Origin: a virus
Lineage: Duplodnaviria > Caudoviricetes
Length of the DNA stretch: 58,018 bases
Reading direction: 5' to 3' (one strand)
Virus record (IMG/VR): IMGVR_UViG_3300032335_001124
Location: 1-58,018 of that record
Positions 18,172 through 27,281 of the stretch are shown here, piece after piece. The position numbers were made by a program, and so were the translations under genes. The notes under the pieces were generated by a model. That model did no database searches. It saw only the letters and a list, made by a program, of their open reading frames with translations, and was not told where the DNA came from. The stretch's first letter is position 1. Every line of letters starts with the position of its first letter.

Positions 18172-20590
18172 TCAAACGTTGAACGAGTAGGCAACAGTAA
18201 CGAAGTCAGCGTTTAGAAGCTCGAAACCTGCGTACAGGCTCCAGATCATCATGATAAAACGGCTGAAATCGTCGTTGTTGTTAAGCAGCACTTGAGCATT
18301 GTTACCGCCGATACCGACGCCAACACTCTGAGGGCCGAAGAACATACCGATAGCACTGTCGTACGTAGTCGAAGTACCACCGATAGTTGCTGTGGCGGTT
18401 TGGGAAGGCATGTTGGTGGATTCGAAGAATCGCACACCTTCAAACACAAAACCGGTAGGCATGATGGGTTCGCCAGCCACGAAGGAGGCTTGCCCAAAAC
18501 CCTGACCCATGTAGATAGCAGCGTTAGGCTGCATAGCAGACATGAGTGGGTTGATCTGACCGTTGCCGGGGTAGCGAGCCACTTCGCGGAAATCGCTGTT
18601 CTGACGCAGGTGCATCAGGAACGTGGGGTCGCAAACGCAACGATAGAAACCGTCTTGGTAGGTGGGGGTGTTCCGCTTACGCAGAGACTTCACCACGCGG
18701 AGAAGGTCATCCTTAACGTCAAACTTGGCTTGCTCTGAGTTGGTGTAGGTTAAAGAACCAACAGCCAAATTACCGGGGTAGTAGTAACCACCTTGGGTAT
18801 CAGAAGATTGACCTTTAGATACAGCTTTCAGGAGTTCATTAATGAACACCCGATCGCGCCAACGACGATAGTCGTCGAGCAGGGTCAAAGAACCAATTGA
18901 TTGGTGGAAGGCAGTGAGATTACCGGTATCCAACAGCAAACGCTGAGCGGTAATTAGTGTCTCACGTGCAATCTTAAATGTACTTGCTTGTGTTGGATCG
19001 CTAGGGTCGGCAGGACCGGTGTCACATTGTTACCCTAAAGGCTCTTTATCCTTTAGTTCTTACGGTTTACCATCCCGTAAGGTCAGACTATATCATCACC
19101 CATGATTAAATCGTTTGGGTGCGGGGCACTCGTGTCACCTTATCGGCTTCAAAGAGATACTTCTCTCGGTCAGCCTCGGTGTTAGTCGTTGAACCTTCCA
19201 ATCATTTCTGATTGGCTTGGCTGCTGATTACCAGACCAGTATAAGTACAAAATGTACTGGTTGGAGGGCTTCCAGCAATTCACCCCGTTATTCAATGCGG
19301 ATTACGCCGCAAGGGAGCTACACGTTAACTCGCGAAGAGTAACCAACACTTTATCCTTCACGATATTGCGGCTGCTAGCAGTACCGATGGTCTGCTCTGC
19401 AGTACGCTCACGTGACTCTTTGCTTCCGGGATTGCCCCAGAACCTGTAACGATCAAGCTGAACGGTTTGACCGGGTTGTTTTGCTGTTTTACACTCAATC
19501 TAGAGTGCTGCGAGGCTCTTTATCCTCACACACTACCTTAAGGGCGGTAGTGACAAGACTATATCATCACCCACAGCATTATCTGTTTGGGTGCTCCGCG
19601 CTCGTGTCACCTTATCGGCTTCAAAGAGATACTTCTCTCGGTCAGCCTCGCTCCACTTGGCTTTTCCTCGATTAGAAGAAGAGTCATAATGAAGGTCAAA
19701 TTTGTAGGCCATTGCTTCACAAGCAAAAGGTTTAAGCGAATCGACAAATCGACGTGCTTCAGTTCCCCCTGCTCTTAAATTCCACTTATCAGGTGATTTA
19801 AGGCTCATCGGAATCCTGGGGATAAACGAAGCTCCTGTAAGACACTCAATCCAATCGCCGATCATCACGGCAATGTCGTGTGGAACATAAAGCGCTAGCT
19901 CTACAGTGCGTTCTCTAATCATTAACTCTCCTTGTTTATTTTGACCTCGCTTGCGAATATGCAAGTTTCCGTCATCCATATAAAGAAGAGCCAAACCTTC
20001 TAATCCAATTTCCCTTAAGAAGATGGGACTAAAACGTTTTCGACCGTCTGGATATAGTTCCTTCCACAAAGGTAAAAGAACCTCTGAAGATGGAGACCAC
20101 CATTGACAAGCTGCATGGGTTTTACCAGAGAGAATTATCTCTCTTGGCTTAACCTCATTACTGCTTTTAAAGATTTTATTTAGGCGATCAGCTTTCCATT
20201 GAAGATAATCTTTCTGTTTAGCAGAATGAGTCATCTGTAACAGAGCTGTGGTACTGCTTACTTTACGTAAGCATCCATCACCTAAACAGGCACCTTTAAG
20301 GTACGAAGAGTCGCTTAGAGAAAGCATTGACAGTGTTAGTCGTTGGACCTTCCAACCATTTCTGATTGGCTTGGCTGCTGATTGGCCTTCCCTACTCGAG
20401 AGAGGGGTCCGGCTTTCCAGCAATTCACGGAGTTATTCGACCAGGATTTCGCCTGGAAGTTCCCTAGCTCACAATAAGCTCAGAAGTCATGAACAACCAC
20501 GGGTTCTGCAGCCATCTCTACAACGTACGCGGGATGCGGACGGTAGAGCTCTGCACCGAGCAGCTTCGGAAAATCATTGTCGACGAACAA
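18172..20590 (-). CDS. major capsid protein (371 aa after splicing); exons 20590-20482, 19483-19328 and 19022-18172
   Basis: GGAGG then TTG at 20590. Joining gives MFVDNDFPKLLGAELYRP...HDFS|KQPGQTVQLDRYRFW...TLREY|TGPADP...GVRFFES...DFSRF..MIW: 1116 nt in frame. N4-gp56-like motifs. Confidence 0.85.
19023..19327 (-). mobile_element. group I intron 2 in MCP (305 nt, no ORF)
   Basis: Exon ends in U; P1 gagU|ua/uaGcuc; P4 uugcug/cagcag; P3 cggggug/ugccccg; P7 gacua/uaguc; terminal G at 19023. Confidence 0.9.
19484..20481 (-). mobile_element. group I intron 1 in MCP (998 nt) carrying a LAGLIDADG gene
   Basis: Exon ends in U with an in-frame TGA across the junction; P3 cuccgug/cgcggag; P7 gacua/uaguc; terminal G at 19484; splicing restores the Ser codon T|CA. 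Confidence 0.9.
19533..20327 (-). CDS. intron-encoded LAGLIDADG homing endonuclease (two motifs)
   Basis: YLKGACLGDG and LALLYMDDG motifs plus HS.KQ..YL.WK. Likely ATG at 20327. The 3' end reads through the ribozyme core. Confidence 0.85.
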   Translation of the reverse strand: MLSLSDSSYLKGACLGDGCLRKVSSTTALLQMTHSAKQKDYLQWKADRLNKIFKSSNEVKPREIILSGKTHAACQWWSPSSEVLLPLWKELYPDGRKRFSPIFLREIGLEGLALLYMDDGNLHIRKRGQNKQGELMIRERTVELALYVPHDIAVMIGDWIECLTGASFIPRIPMSLKSPDKWNLRAGGTEARRFVDSLKPFACEAMAYKFDLHYDSSSNRGKAKWSEADREKYLFEADKVTRARSTQTDNAVGDDIVLSLPPLR

Positions 20591-20702
20591 AGCGCCAACC
20601 TCCGAAAAACTACTCCTTTATTTTAAGCTGTTTAAAGACAGATGGTATATTGTTTGTCGCATTAATAGCGTTATTTACTTTTTTTGTTTACCTTAAATAA
20701 AT

Positions 20703-21518
20703 CTATATATTCTTCTGATTGCTTACATTTACAGAAGGACTAAACCGATGAGGTAACGCACGAATGCCTTCTCCCGTAATTCCATAAATTGACCCGAGAT
20801 TAAAAGCGTAACGTGAGGACCTACCGCGATAGATGTAACGAGTTGGAGCTCCCATTAAACCGGGAACTTGAGCGTAAATAGTTTCAGTCAAAGTCTGACA
20901 ATATACGGGAGGATTGTACCTCCATTCCGCTCTTGTTACTTCTGTAGCACCAGGTGTCGCTGTGGTAGTTAAAAGCGTACCCATTTGACGTGGGTGAGCC
21001 ACGCCGCCGCCAGTGGTTCCTTCAGCTGACGTATTTCCCTCAGGAGTATTGTATGGGTCGTAAGATTGACTAGAAGGAGCGTCTCCGAAGTAATAAGTGT
21101 ATGCGCCCGTATCACGAATACCAAAAGGAGGATTATAAGTTGTTGAAACCTTGGCGTTAGCTATTTTTTGAGTTGTAAATCCTCTAAAACCGGTGTAAAC
21201 ACTCATTTCTCCGCTTGGAGAATAATAAGTAAAGTTATAATCCGACCAATAACCAGAAACTGCAACAGGTACTGCCCTCCAACTATCGACTACGTAGGCA
21301 CCTGAGTTAGGAGGACCTATAACGGGGCGTCCATAATCAGCGCCAAAATCGTTAACGCCATACCATGACACTTGATTTCCTAGCGAATCGACGTAACCGC
21401 TCGAAACGACTAGGTATTTTTGAGCTAAAGCCAGATCATCGCCAGCACGATAAGGTCCAGACTGTTGCTGATGCAGTCCAGTGTCGTACTTATAGTTAAC
21501 AAGTGAAATGTAACCCAC
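20703..21518 (-). CDS. putative structural protein
   Basis: Y/G/T-rich ORF in the head module. Confidence 0.5.
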   Translation of the reverse strand: MGYISLVNYKYDTGLHQQQSGPYRAGDDLALAQKYLVVSSGYVDSLGNQVSWYGVNDFGADYGRPVIGPPNSGAYVVDSWRAVPVAVSGYWSDYNFTYYSPSGEMSVYTGFRGFTTQKIANAKVSTTYNPPFGIRDTGAYTYYFGDAPSSQSYDPYNTPEGNTSAEGTTGGGVAHPRQMGTLLTTTATPGATEVTRAEWRYNPPVYCQTLTETIYAQVPGLMGAPTRYIYRGRSSRYAFNLGSIYGITGEGIRALPHRFSPSVNVSNQKNI

Positions 21519-21560
21519 GGAAAACTCAACAGAGGGCTACTTTAAGTATACCTAGTTAAA

Positions 21561-21743
21561 TTATTCGGCTGGAGGTTGTCTTTTAGAATCCACTGTGACG
21601 ATATCTAAAGCAATTTTTTCCATATCCGACTTGTATTCCTCTTTAACAGAGGCAAGTTCTTTTTTTAGCTCGTCTAACTGAGCCAAAAGTGCTGAATTGT
21701 CTGAAGACTCGCGACGACGAGTGTGTCCGATAGGAAGAACCAT
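21561..21743 (-). CDS. small coiled-coil protein
   Basis: LLAQLDELKKELASVKEEY heptads. Confidence 0.55.
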   Translation of the reverse strand: MVLPIGHTRRRESSDNSALLAQLDELKKELASVKEEYKSDMEKIALDIVTVDSKRQPPAE

Positions 21744-21745
21744 GG

Positions 21746-21919
21746 TTAGTCTCTTTTACTATTAGTGTACTGCTGGGCTTTTCTTTTAGCACTAACCCTT
21801 TCGGGTAAATCCCCGCGAGTTTTTTCTTCATACTCACTGACTGTTGCTTCAGGGATTTCCCCACGCTCAGCCATTGCGTAAAATTTACGTCTTTGAGCCT
21901 CTGATTTAAAAGGAGCCAT
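21746..21919 (-). CDS. small conserved phage protein (57 aa)
   Basis: Hand translation MAPFKSEAQRRKFYAMAERGEI...LPERV; the PFKS.AQRR pattern is common in phages. Confidence 0.65.
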   Translation of the reverse strand: MAPFKSEAQRRKFYAMAERGEIPEATVSEYEEKTRGDLPERVSAKRKAQQYTNSKRD

Positions 21920-21921
21920 AG

Positions 21922-21942
21922 AAAAACCCCCGTTTCCGGGGG
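21922..21942 (-). terminator. rho-independent terminator
   Basis: CCCCCG-GAAA-CGGGGG-TTTTT on the minus strand after the scaffold gene. Confidence 0.8.
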
Positions 21943-21964
21943 AATTTTAGTATTAAAACGTAAA

Positions 21965-22882
21965 TTAAGCGGCGTCTAAGAACAAGAGCTTCTGACGGAA
22001 AGCGTCAGGGCTCATTTGACTCAGATAACGCCAAGCTTGCTCGGGATTCTGATTCATGGTTTGGGAGAAACCATTCCACTGAGTGTCAGGATCGTTGCGA
22101 ACTGCGCCTGCAGAAGCAGGAACAGCAGGCATGTCATAACGAGGTTGATAAGCTGCTTGCTGAGCAGGATAACCAGAGTTATCTGCATCTACTGGATACA
22201 CTTCGGTGAAGAACCGGTTGGTGTAATCAGCTAGTTGATCAGGATCAGTAAGAATATGCTCCATTGCAGCGCCACGTGTGGCGATGGAGTTCATATTTTC
22301 GTTCTGAGCAATCAGAGCGTCTTCGAGAGTAACAGCATACTGATTAAGGATGCCGGGAGCCTCGATGCCGAAGTGATTAACGACTTGAGCGCTTGCGGGG
22401 CTTAGCTGGGGGGCTTGGCTGCGCCCCGTAGAAGCCTGAGAGGAAGCTTGGGTCGTAGAGACGTTGTTGGAGTAAGTCGGGGCTGCCGTAGGCGCTTGGT
22501 ACGCCCATGGTTGGGCCTGTAAAGGCTGACTGTACTGAGGAATAGCCTGTTGCGTCGTCGCGTATTGTGGAGACGGTGCTGTTTGGCTGGGGAGTGGTGA
22601 CATCCTGGACACCACCCGCTCCAGGCTGCCCATTGCTGCTTCCCACGGATTGTTCGGGGAGTAAGCGGACGGAGACTGGTTGTACTGGTTGCTGGTAGAA
22701 AGGACCGAACCCTGTGTTGCCTGCGACGGCATTTGGGCTGTAGGTACCGAAGCTACCGCCGGGGTACTGGTTTGCGCCACCCACTGCGGGTAAGCGGTTG
22801 AGCCCTGGTCCATTGCTGGCGCCGCCGAGGGGGCTGCTGCCGCTACCGGGCTCGGGATCGAAGCTTGGATCTGCTGGCTCAT
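21965..22882 (-). CDS. putative capsid scaffolding/assembly protein
   Basis: Lies between portal and MCP; P/Q/A/S-rich disordered N-terminus and helical C-terminus. Confidence 0.6.
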   Translation of the reverse strand: MSQQIQASIPSPVAAAAPSAAPAMDQGSTAYPQWVAQTSTPAVASVPTAQMPSQATQGSVLSTSNQYNQSPSAYSPNNPWEAAMGSLERVVSRMSPLPSQTAPSPQYATTQQAIPQYSQPLQAQPWAYQAPTAAPTYSNNVSTTQASSQASTGRSQAPQLSPASAQVVNHFGIEAPGILNQYAVTLEDALIAQNENMNSIATRGAAMEHILTDPDQLADYTNRFFTEVYPVDADNSGYPAQQAAYQPRYDMPAVPASAGAVRNDPDTQWNGFSQTMNQNPEQAWRYLSQMSPDAFRQKLLFLDAA

Positions 22883-24611
22883 AGCTACCCGAGTAGGTTA
22901 GTTCTTGCGCGAGGTGGTCAAACGTCCTGTATAACAGGGGCGTTATGTTTAATCTAGGGTCAGCCCCTAAGGGTTGATCCGGGGCGAGAGGATGTGGCGT
23001 TTGCAACATCTGTGATAATAATACTAAAAATTGTTGCATTGCGCTTTGAGTTTGTTGGATCATCCTGAAAGGAAATCCTTTTAACATTTCTTCTCGCTCA
23101 GTATCCGTCTTATCCGGGAATAAATAACGTAAAGCTTCGACACTGTCAACTCCTAATTCCTGCAAATTTCGGACAACAATAGACTTTTGGTTTATGTCGT
23201 AGGCCGTGTCCTCATAGACATCGCCTTGGAAGCGGTACGCAACAGTACGATCTCCATCTGGAGGTAAACCAAAAACACCACGTGGGACTGCAGAAGTTGA
23301 AAGCGCTTCTTGCATCATCTGTTTTAGTTTTTGGTCAAACTTTTGCTGTTCTACTTCAAAGCGAATTGTCTCTTCAGATGAATCATCGGCAACAGGTTTA
23401 GGCTTTTTGAGCTTAACAACAGCGGCAAAACTATCTTTAAAAGTTTCTTCTTGGTGGTAGAGAATCATCTCCAACAACTTACAGAACCCGTACACCAAGA
23501 AACTTTTATTTTTTCTTAGTGCTGTGGCTTGAGCGCGACCCATCAAACCCTTAATTTCTGTGGCAGTGGCACCAGCAGAAACTGAAATTTCATCAACACC
23601 TCCTAATGCTGTCCGAATTTCTTCACGCAGCATTAAAGCCCATCGGTTCATGTCCCCGTTAACAGGGTCTGGTGTCATGTAACCAACACGATCCGAAGGC
23701 TCGACGTTGGCAATAATTCGAGGGACTCTCAGCCCGCCCATCAAACCACTGGAACCAAAAGGCTCGCTTACTCGTGTCGAGGGGGTATCGCGACCAGCAA
23801 ATCCACTTTGACTACTAATTGTTGGACGGAAAGTGCGATCAGAGTCGCTAGCTTCGACAAGATCACTACGAGGACGCGAACTAATAAGTGTCGGATTACC
23901 AAAAAATTCAATATTTTTAGCAATGTTCGTATTTAAGGTGTCATGAAGAACAATTTGTTCCATAAAAGGTTCAAATTCGCCTTCACCAGAAGTACCACTA
24001 CTGTCTGGTTTGTTAAGAACCTCAACAGCAGGTATAAATCCAAGTGTATTTTCTCGCGTATTTCTTGAAGTGACGAGTCCTCCTGGCTCCAGGTCAAAAC
24101 TCAACTCTGTATTAGACTCAAATTCAGATATACGTTCTTCGGTAATAGAAATTCGGACATAGCGTTCGTTTAAACCTGCTGTGTCAGAAGGTAAACCAAT
24201 GTTAGAACTACGAATTTTATATTTGTAGATTATTACAACTTCATCTAAGTTTCCGTTTACATCGTGGTAAACACGATACTGATCTTTAGAAAAAAAGTAT
24301 ATTTGATACTTTAATTTGGGGTCAGGTCGAAAATAAAATAAACCACATCCGTCGATTAAAAAATTACGAATAATCGAAGGAAAACGAATATCAATTTTAT
24401 TTAAAGTAATCAAGCTATCTAAAAATTTAGATCTAGCTTTATAAGTGTCTTGTTCACAATAAAAAGTCAAGCCCTTCTTAATCATCAACAGCGTCATTTG
24501 CTGGATGTGACTAAGAACGACTAAAGTAGACGCTTGCTTGGATCTATCTTGAGTCCGCGAAGCCTCAAGAATTTCTTGAAAGCGTTGACGGACTCCGATC
24601 TGGTCGGCCAT
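22377..24611 (-). CDS. putative portal protein with a long low-complexity C-terminal tail
   Basis: Size and position between terminase and scaffold; LGFIPAVEV.N and SA.ATATEIK resemble portal motifs. Confidence 0.7.
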   Translation of the reverse strand: MADQIGVRQRFQEILEASRTQDRSKQASTLVVLSHIQQMTLLMIKKGLTFYCEQDTYKARSKFLDSLITLNKIDIRFPSIIRNFLIDGCGLFYFRPDPKLKYQIYFFSKDQYRVYHDVNGNLDEVVIIYKYKIRSSNIGLPSDTAGLNERYVRISITEERISEFESNTELSFDLEPGGLVTSRNTRENTLGFIPAVEVLNKPDSSGTSGEGEFEPFMEQIVLHDTLNTNIAKNIEFFGNPTLISSRPRSDLVEASDSDRTFRPTISSQSGFAGRDTPSTRVSEPFGSSGLMGGLRVPRIIANVEPSDRVGYMTPDPVNGDMNRWALMLREEIRTALGGVDEISVSAGATATEIKGLMGRAQATALRKNKSFLVYGFCKLLEMILYHQEETFKDSFAAVVKLKKPKPVADDSSEETIRFEVEQQKFDQKLKQMMQEALSTSAVPRGVFGLPPDGDRTVAYRFQGDVYEDTAYDINQKSIVVRNLQELGVDSVEALRYLFPDKTDTEREEMLKGFPFRMIQQTQSAMQQFLVLLSQMLQTPHPLAPDQPLGADPRLNITPLLYRTFDHLAQELTYSGSYEPADPSFDPEPGSGSSPLGGASNGPGLNRLPAVGGANQYPGGSFGTYSPNAVAGNTGFGPFYQQPVQPVSVRLLPEQSVGSSNGQPGAGGVQDVTTPQPNSTVSTIRDDATGYSSVQSAFTGPTMGVPSAYGSPDLLQQRLYDPSFLSGFYGAQPSPPAKPRKRSSR

Positions 24612-24646
24612 TCTGTTAACTACACAACGAAATTAAAAATTTAAAA

Positions 24647-24799
24647 TTAAGCTTTTTTACCTGCAGCTTTAACTTTTTTAGCTTTCCTCAAAGCTTCCTT
24701 ACGCTTCTCCATTTTTTCTTCCTTATCTCCATGTTTACCCTCGTGCTTTGCCTTATTGGCAAAGTGCTCACGGAGTTGTTCGGGCATCTGGTTAGCCAT
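24647..24799 (-). CDS. small Lys-rich protein (50 aa)
   Basis: Hand translation: MANQMPEQLREHFANKAK...ALRKAKKVKAAGKKA. Confidence 0.55.
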   Translation of the reverse strand: MANQMPEQLREHFANKAKHEGKHGDKEEKMEKRKEALRKAKKVKAAGKKA

Positions 24800-25634
24800 C
24801 GGGAAGCAGATAATTTCTTACTCTATCTAGTTTAAACAACTCTGGCGGTAATAGGTCATGTGGGTACGCTTGTAAAATATGATCTTTTCGACCTAAAGGA
24901 TCTGTACTCCCCGGTAAAGCTTTATAAGAATCTAAAAAGTCTAACATTTCTTGGCTGTAGGCAGGAGCATGTGCGTTAGGGATATCGTCGTAGCAATGAG
25001 AAAACGATGTGAGTTTTCGTTTCATCCGAGCCGAGTCACCCATCCAAGAAAAATGCCAACCGCAATCGCAATCCCCCACAACAAGGCCATTGTCCTTCAT
25101 TCGGATTTGCGAAGGTGTTTCTTCTAGGTGATTGTATAAAACCACGGTGCCACAAGTCCAGTTATTTGGGGGTTTGGAAGGATCACCTTTCGGATCAATA
25201 ACTCTAAGATCTGCCCTCCCGTAAAACATAGGCATCGACAGACGTACACACCGGTCTGGATTCGCTTTCGCAATTTCGACAGCTTGTAAAACCGCCTCCG
25301 GTTTCGGTATTTCATCGACATCACTAAAGAAAAAGACGGAATCTGGTGGAGTTAAGCGCATCCCCACAGCGAGAGCGTCGCGTTGTGCGTATTCCCGTAC
25401 CCATGGATTAGGAGCTACTTCCTTAGAAGGCAACTCAACGTGAAGAACTTGTATTTTTTCCTCAGGTAAACCTAGTTCTCGAATCGTATCAAGACAAGTA
25501 AAGGGTTTTGGGTCCCCTTTAAACGTCAAATTTCCATCCGTAATGATAAAGCCGTCAACAATATCCTTTAAAAGATTTACCCTTAGTTCAAGGAGTTCTT
25601 TTTCGTCAAAATATAAAAAACAATCGTAGAGCAC
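24792..25634 (-). CDS. GT17-like glycosyltransferase (beta-1,4-GlcNAc transferase family)
   Basis: YDCFLYFDE.ELLELR, QRD, SDVDEIP and GWHFSW motifs. Confidence 0.8.
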   Translation of the reverse strand: MLYDCFLYFDEKELLELRVNLLKDIVDGFIITDGNLTFKGDPKPFTCLDTIRELGLPEEKIQVLHVELPSKEVAPNPWVREYAQRDALAVGMRLTPPDSVFFFSDVDEIPKPEAVLQAVEIAKANPDRCVRLSMPMFYGRADLRVIDPKGDPSKPPNNWTCGTVVLYNHLEETPSQIRMKDNGLVVGDCDCGWHFSWMGDSARMKRKLTSFSHCYDDIPNAHAPAYSQEMLDFLDSYKALPGSTDPLGRKDHILQAYPHDLLPPELFKLDRVRNYLLPDG

Positions 25635-25653
25635 GACCTTTAGGCGAGTGTCA

Positions 25654-25965
25654 CTATGATGCTAGCACTGACTTGGTTGGATTACCATTTCCTGCTCGCG
25701 CTGTAAGAGAGCTTTGTGTTGGTCCTTTCTGAGTTGCCTTATTGATCGCAGACTGAATCAGCCTGTTTTTTACATCTTCCATAAACGTTTCGGAATTATG
25801 CATCGGTGAATCAGGCTCGTAAGCTTCTTTTCGTGTAGGAAAAAAATCGTGCCTCATTGGTTGATCTACGCTGCGTTGATACTGAGTTTGCTGACCTGCG
25901 GCAGATTCCTGCTTTGCAAAAGCATCCGAGAAAAAATCCCTAGCTTGATTAAAAGGGTTAGACAT
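25654..25965 (-). CDS. hypothetical protein
   Basis: ORF track; in operon. Confidence 0.55.
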   Translation of the reverse strand: MSNPFNQARDFFSDAFAKQESAAGQQTQYQRSVDQPMRHDFFPTRKEAYEPDSPMHNSETFMEDVKNRLIQSAINKATQKGPTQSSLTARAGNGNPTKSVLAS

Positions 25966-25967
25966 AA

Positions 25968-26183
25968 TTAGCTTGCCTTTCTCTTAATATACTCAGAAGC
26001 TCTCCGACGAGCCTCACGAGCTTTTTCTGTATTAGGAACGTGGGTATTGACGGGTTTATTACCAGCCGTTTCTTTTTTCTTTTTTTCGTCCGTTTCACGT
26101 CTTTCGGCAGGGCTCATTTGTGCCCACGCTGAACGAGGTAAATAACGTTCTGTGCGCCCGTGCTCGCGAGCTAAATCAGGCAT
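25968..26183 (-). CDS. DUF5872-like protein, C-terminal half
   Basis: ERYLP..AW..MSP.ERRETD.KK...VPNT; AAGGAG RBS before ATG 26183. Confidence 0.55.
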   Translation of the reverse strand: MPDLAREHGRTERYLPRSAWAQMSPAERRETDEKKKKETAGNKPVNTHVPNTEKAREARRRASEYIKRKAS

Positions 26184-26406
26184 TTCTCCTTTCCTCATCC
26201 CTGACCTTTTCTTGAATTGCTCTATAAAGTAAATCTTCTGTTGTAGATGCAATGATTTTAGCTAAGGTTGGATCTAACGAATCAGAACTAAACCTAGACC
26301 TACTTTTAGTAAGTCCTCTAAGCATATCACCAGACGTAGGTAAGTTACGCTCTCGATAGCTTTTACCCGATCCAGTTAAGGCATCGACAAGTGATGAAGG
26401 GGTCAT
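26176..26406 (-). CDS. hypothetical protein
   Basis: ATGA-coupled to the upstream gene. Confidence 0.5.
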   Translation of the reverse strand: MTPSSLVDALTGSGKSYRERNLPTSGDMLRGLTKSRSRFSSDSLDPTLAKIIASTTEDLLYRAIQEKVRDEERRNA

Positions 26407-26636
26407 TGTTTTTCTCGGTTGGATTCGTATTCTTCTTTAGTCTGCCAATCTTCTTTACCCCATTGGCGTAGACGATTGCTCTCGGATTTTTTTCCTTCGT
26501 AGGAACCGCCAGCATCTTTATAATACTTCACAGCAAGCTGCATGGCACGAGCACTGTGCCCTCCCATTTTTTTACGGGCTCGTGCTTTTGCTTGTGCCCA
26601 TTTTTCAGGGTCACGTTTTTTAGCAATGTCTGCCAT
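26403..26636 (-). CDS. DUF5872-like protein, N-terminal half
   Basis: HSARAMQLAVKYYKDAGGSY.G......L.QWGKEDWQTK. Confidence 0.6.
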   Translation of the reverse strand: MADIAKKRDPEKWAQAKARARKKMGGHSARAMQLAVKYYKDAGGSYEGKKSESNRLRQWGKEDWQTKEEYESNREKQ

Positions 26637-26920
26637 TAGTAAAGAACGTATACGTGATCTACTGTGCTTATTCCGCTTATTGCTGTGGCAGATACAGGTA
26701 AAAATACGTCTGTACGAATATGATCAAAACTAATAAAAGAGCTGGGAGAATCAGCTAATTGAACAATTAAAGTTTTGTCTGCATTTTTGTTCGACGTCTC
26801 CACATACAGAGCTCTGCACGCAGGAAAAACTTTATTAGTTCCCGCGCTAACCATAAACCCACTGGCATAGGGAAGAGTGGCTGAAAAACCATAACGACTG
26901 CCAAAAGCCCTAACGTCCAT
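26636..26920 (-). CDS. small putative structural protein
   Basis: CRALYV...L.V.L.......F......FLPV.A..I.......VLY, a beta-rich phage pattern. Confidence 0.55.
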   Translation of the reverse strand: MDVRAFGSRYGFSATLPYASGFMVSAGTNKVFPACRALYVETSNKNADKTLIVQLADSPSSFISFDHIRTDVFLPVSATAISGISTVDHVYVLY

Positions 26921-26922
26921 GT

Positions 26923-27159
26923 TTACTCAACTGTTTCTATAAGTTTAGCCAAATAAACCGCAGCTTTCTGTAAATCCTCTTTTCCATTTTTTTCCTCCCA
27001 GCGCCACATATACTTAAAAATACAACACTCTAAATACCCTTGAAATTTACTAAGGCCGACAGATGCTAGCTGCGCGTCATAGCATTCCATACCATTCCGG
27101 ACATAATAATCTGGGTTAGTATTGTCCTTTGGCGGGGTTAAACCAGTAGATTGTTCCAT
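26923..27159 (-). CDS. DUF3310 family protein
   Basis: NPDYY...MECYD...KYMWRWEEKNGKEDLQKA..YL. Confidence 0.85.
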   Translation of the reverse strand: MEQSTGLTPPKDNTNPDYYVRNGMECYDAQLASVGLSKFQGYLECCIFKYMWRWEEKNGKEDLQKAAVYLAKLIETVE

Positions 27160-27281
27160 TTTTTGATTCTATGTACTTCCGCAACGCATAGGCTTCTAGT
27201 TTTGGTAAAACTTCACACTTATGCTTTTTGTTCAAAACGTAGCAGATCGATACAAAACGGGCACCGCCATGTAACACTGTT

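Noticed and set aside
17200-18738. ORFs 17200..17490, 17228..17833, 17503..17826, 17568..17762, 18249..18497 and 18292..18738
   Set aside because: Shadow frames of the strongly codon-biased capsid and decoration genes; no motifs.
18172-18939. 255-aa ORF as a complete capsid protein
   Set aside because: It is most of exon 3; the full gene is recovered by removing two introns.
19252-20700. Plus-strand ORFs across the intron region
   Set aside because: Antisense to introns, exons and the LAGLIDADG gene; no coding signal.
21643-21864. 73-aa minus-strand ORF
   Set aside because: Overlaps two better-supported ORFs (21561..21743 and 21746..21919).
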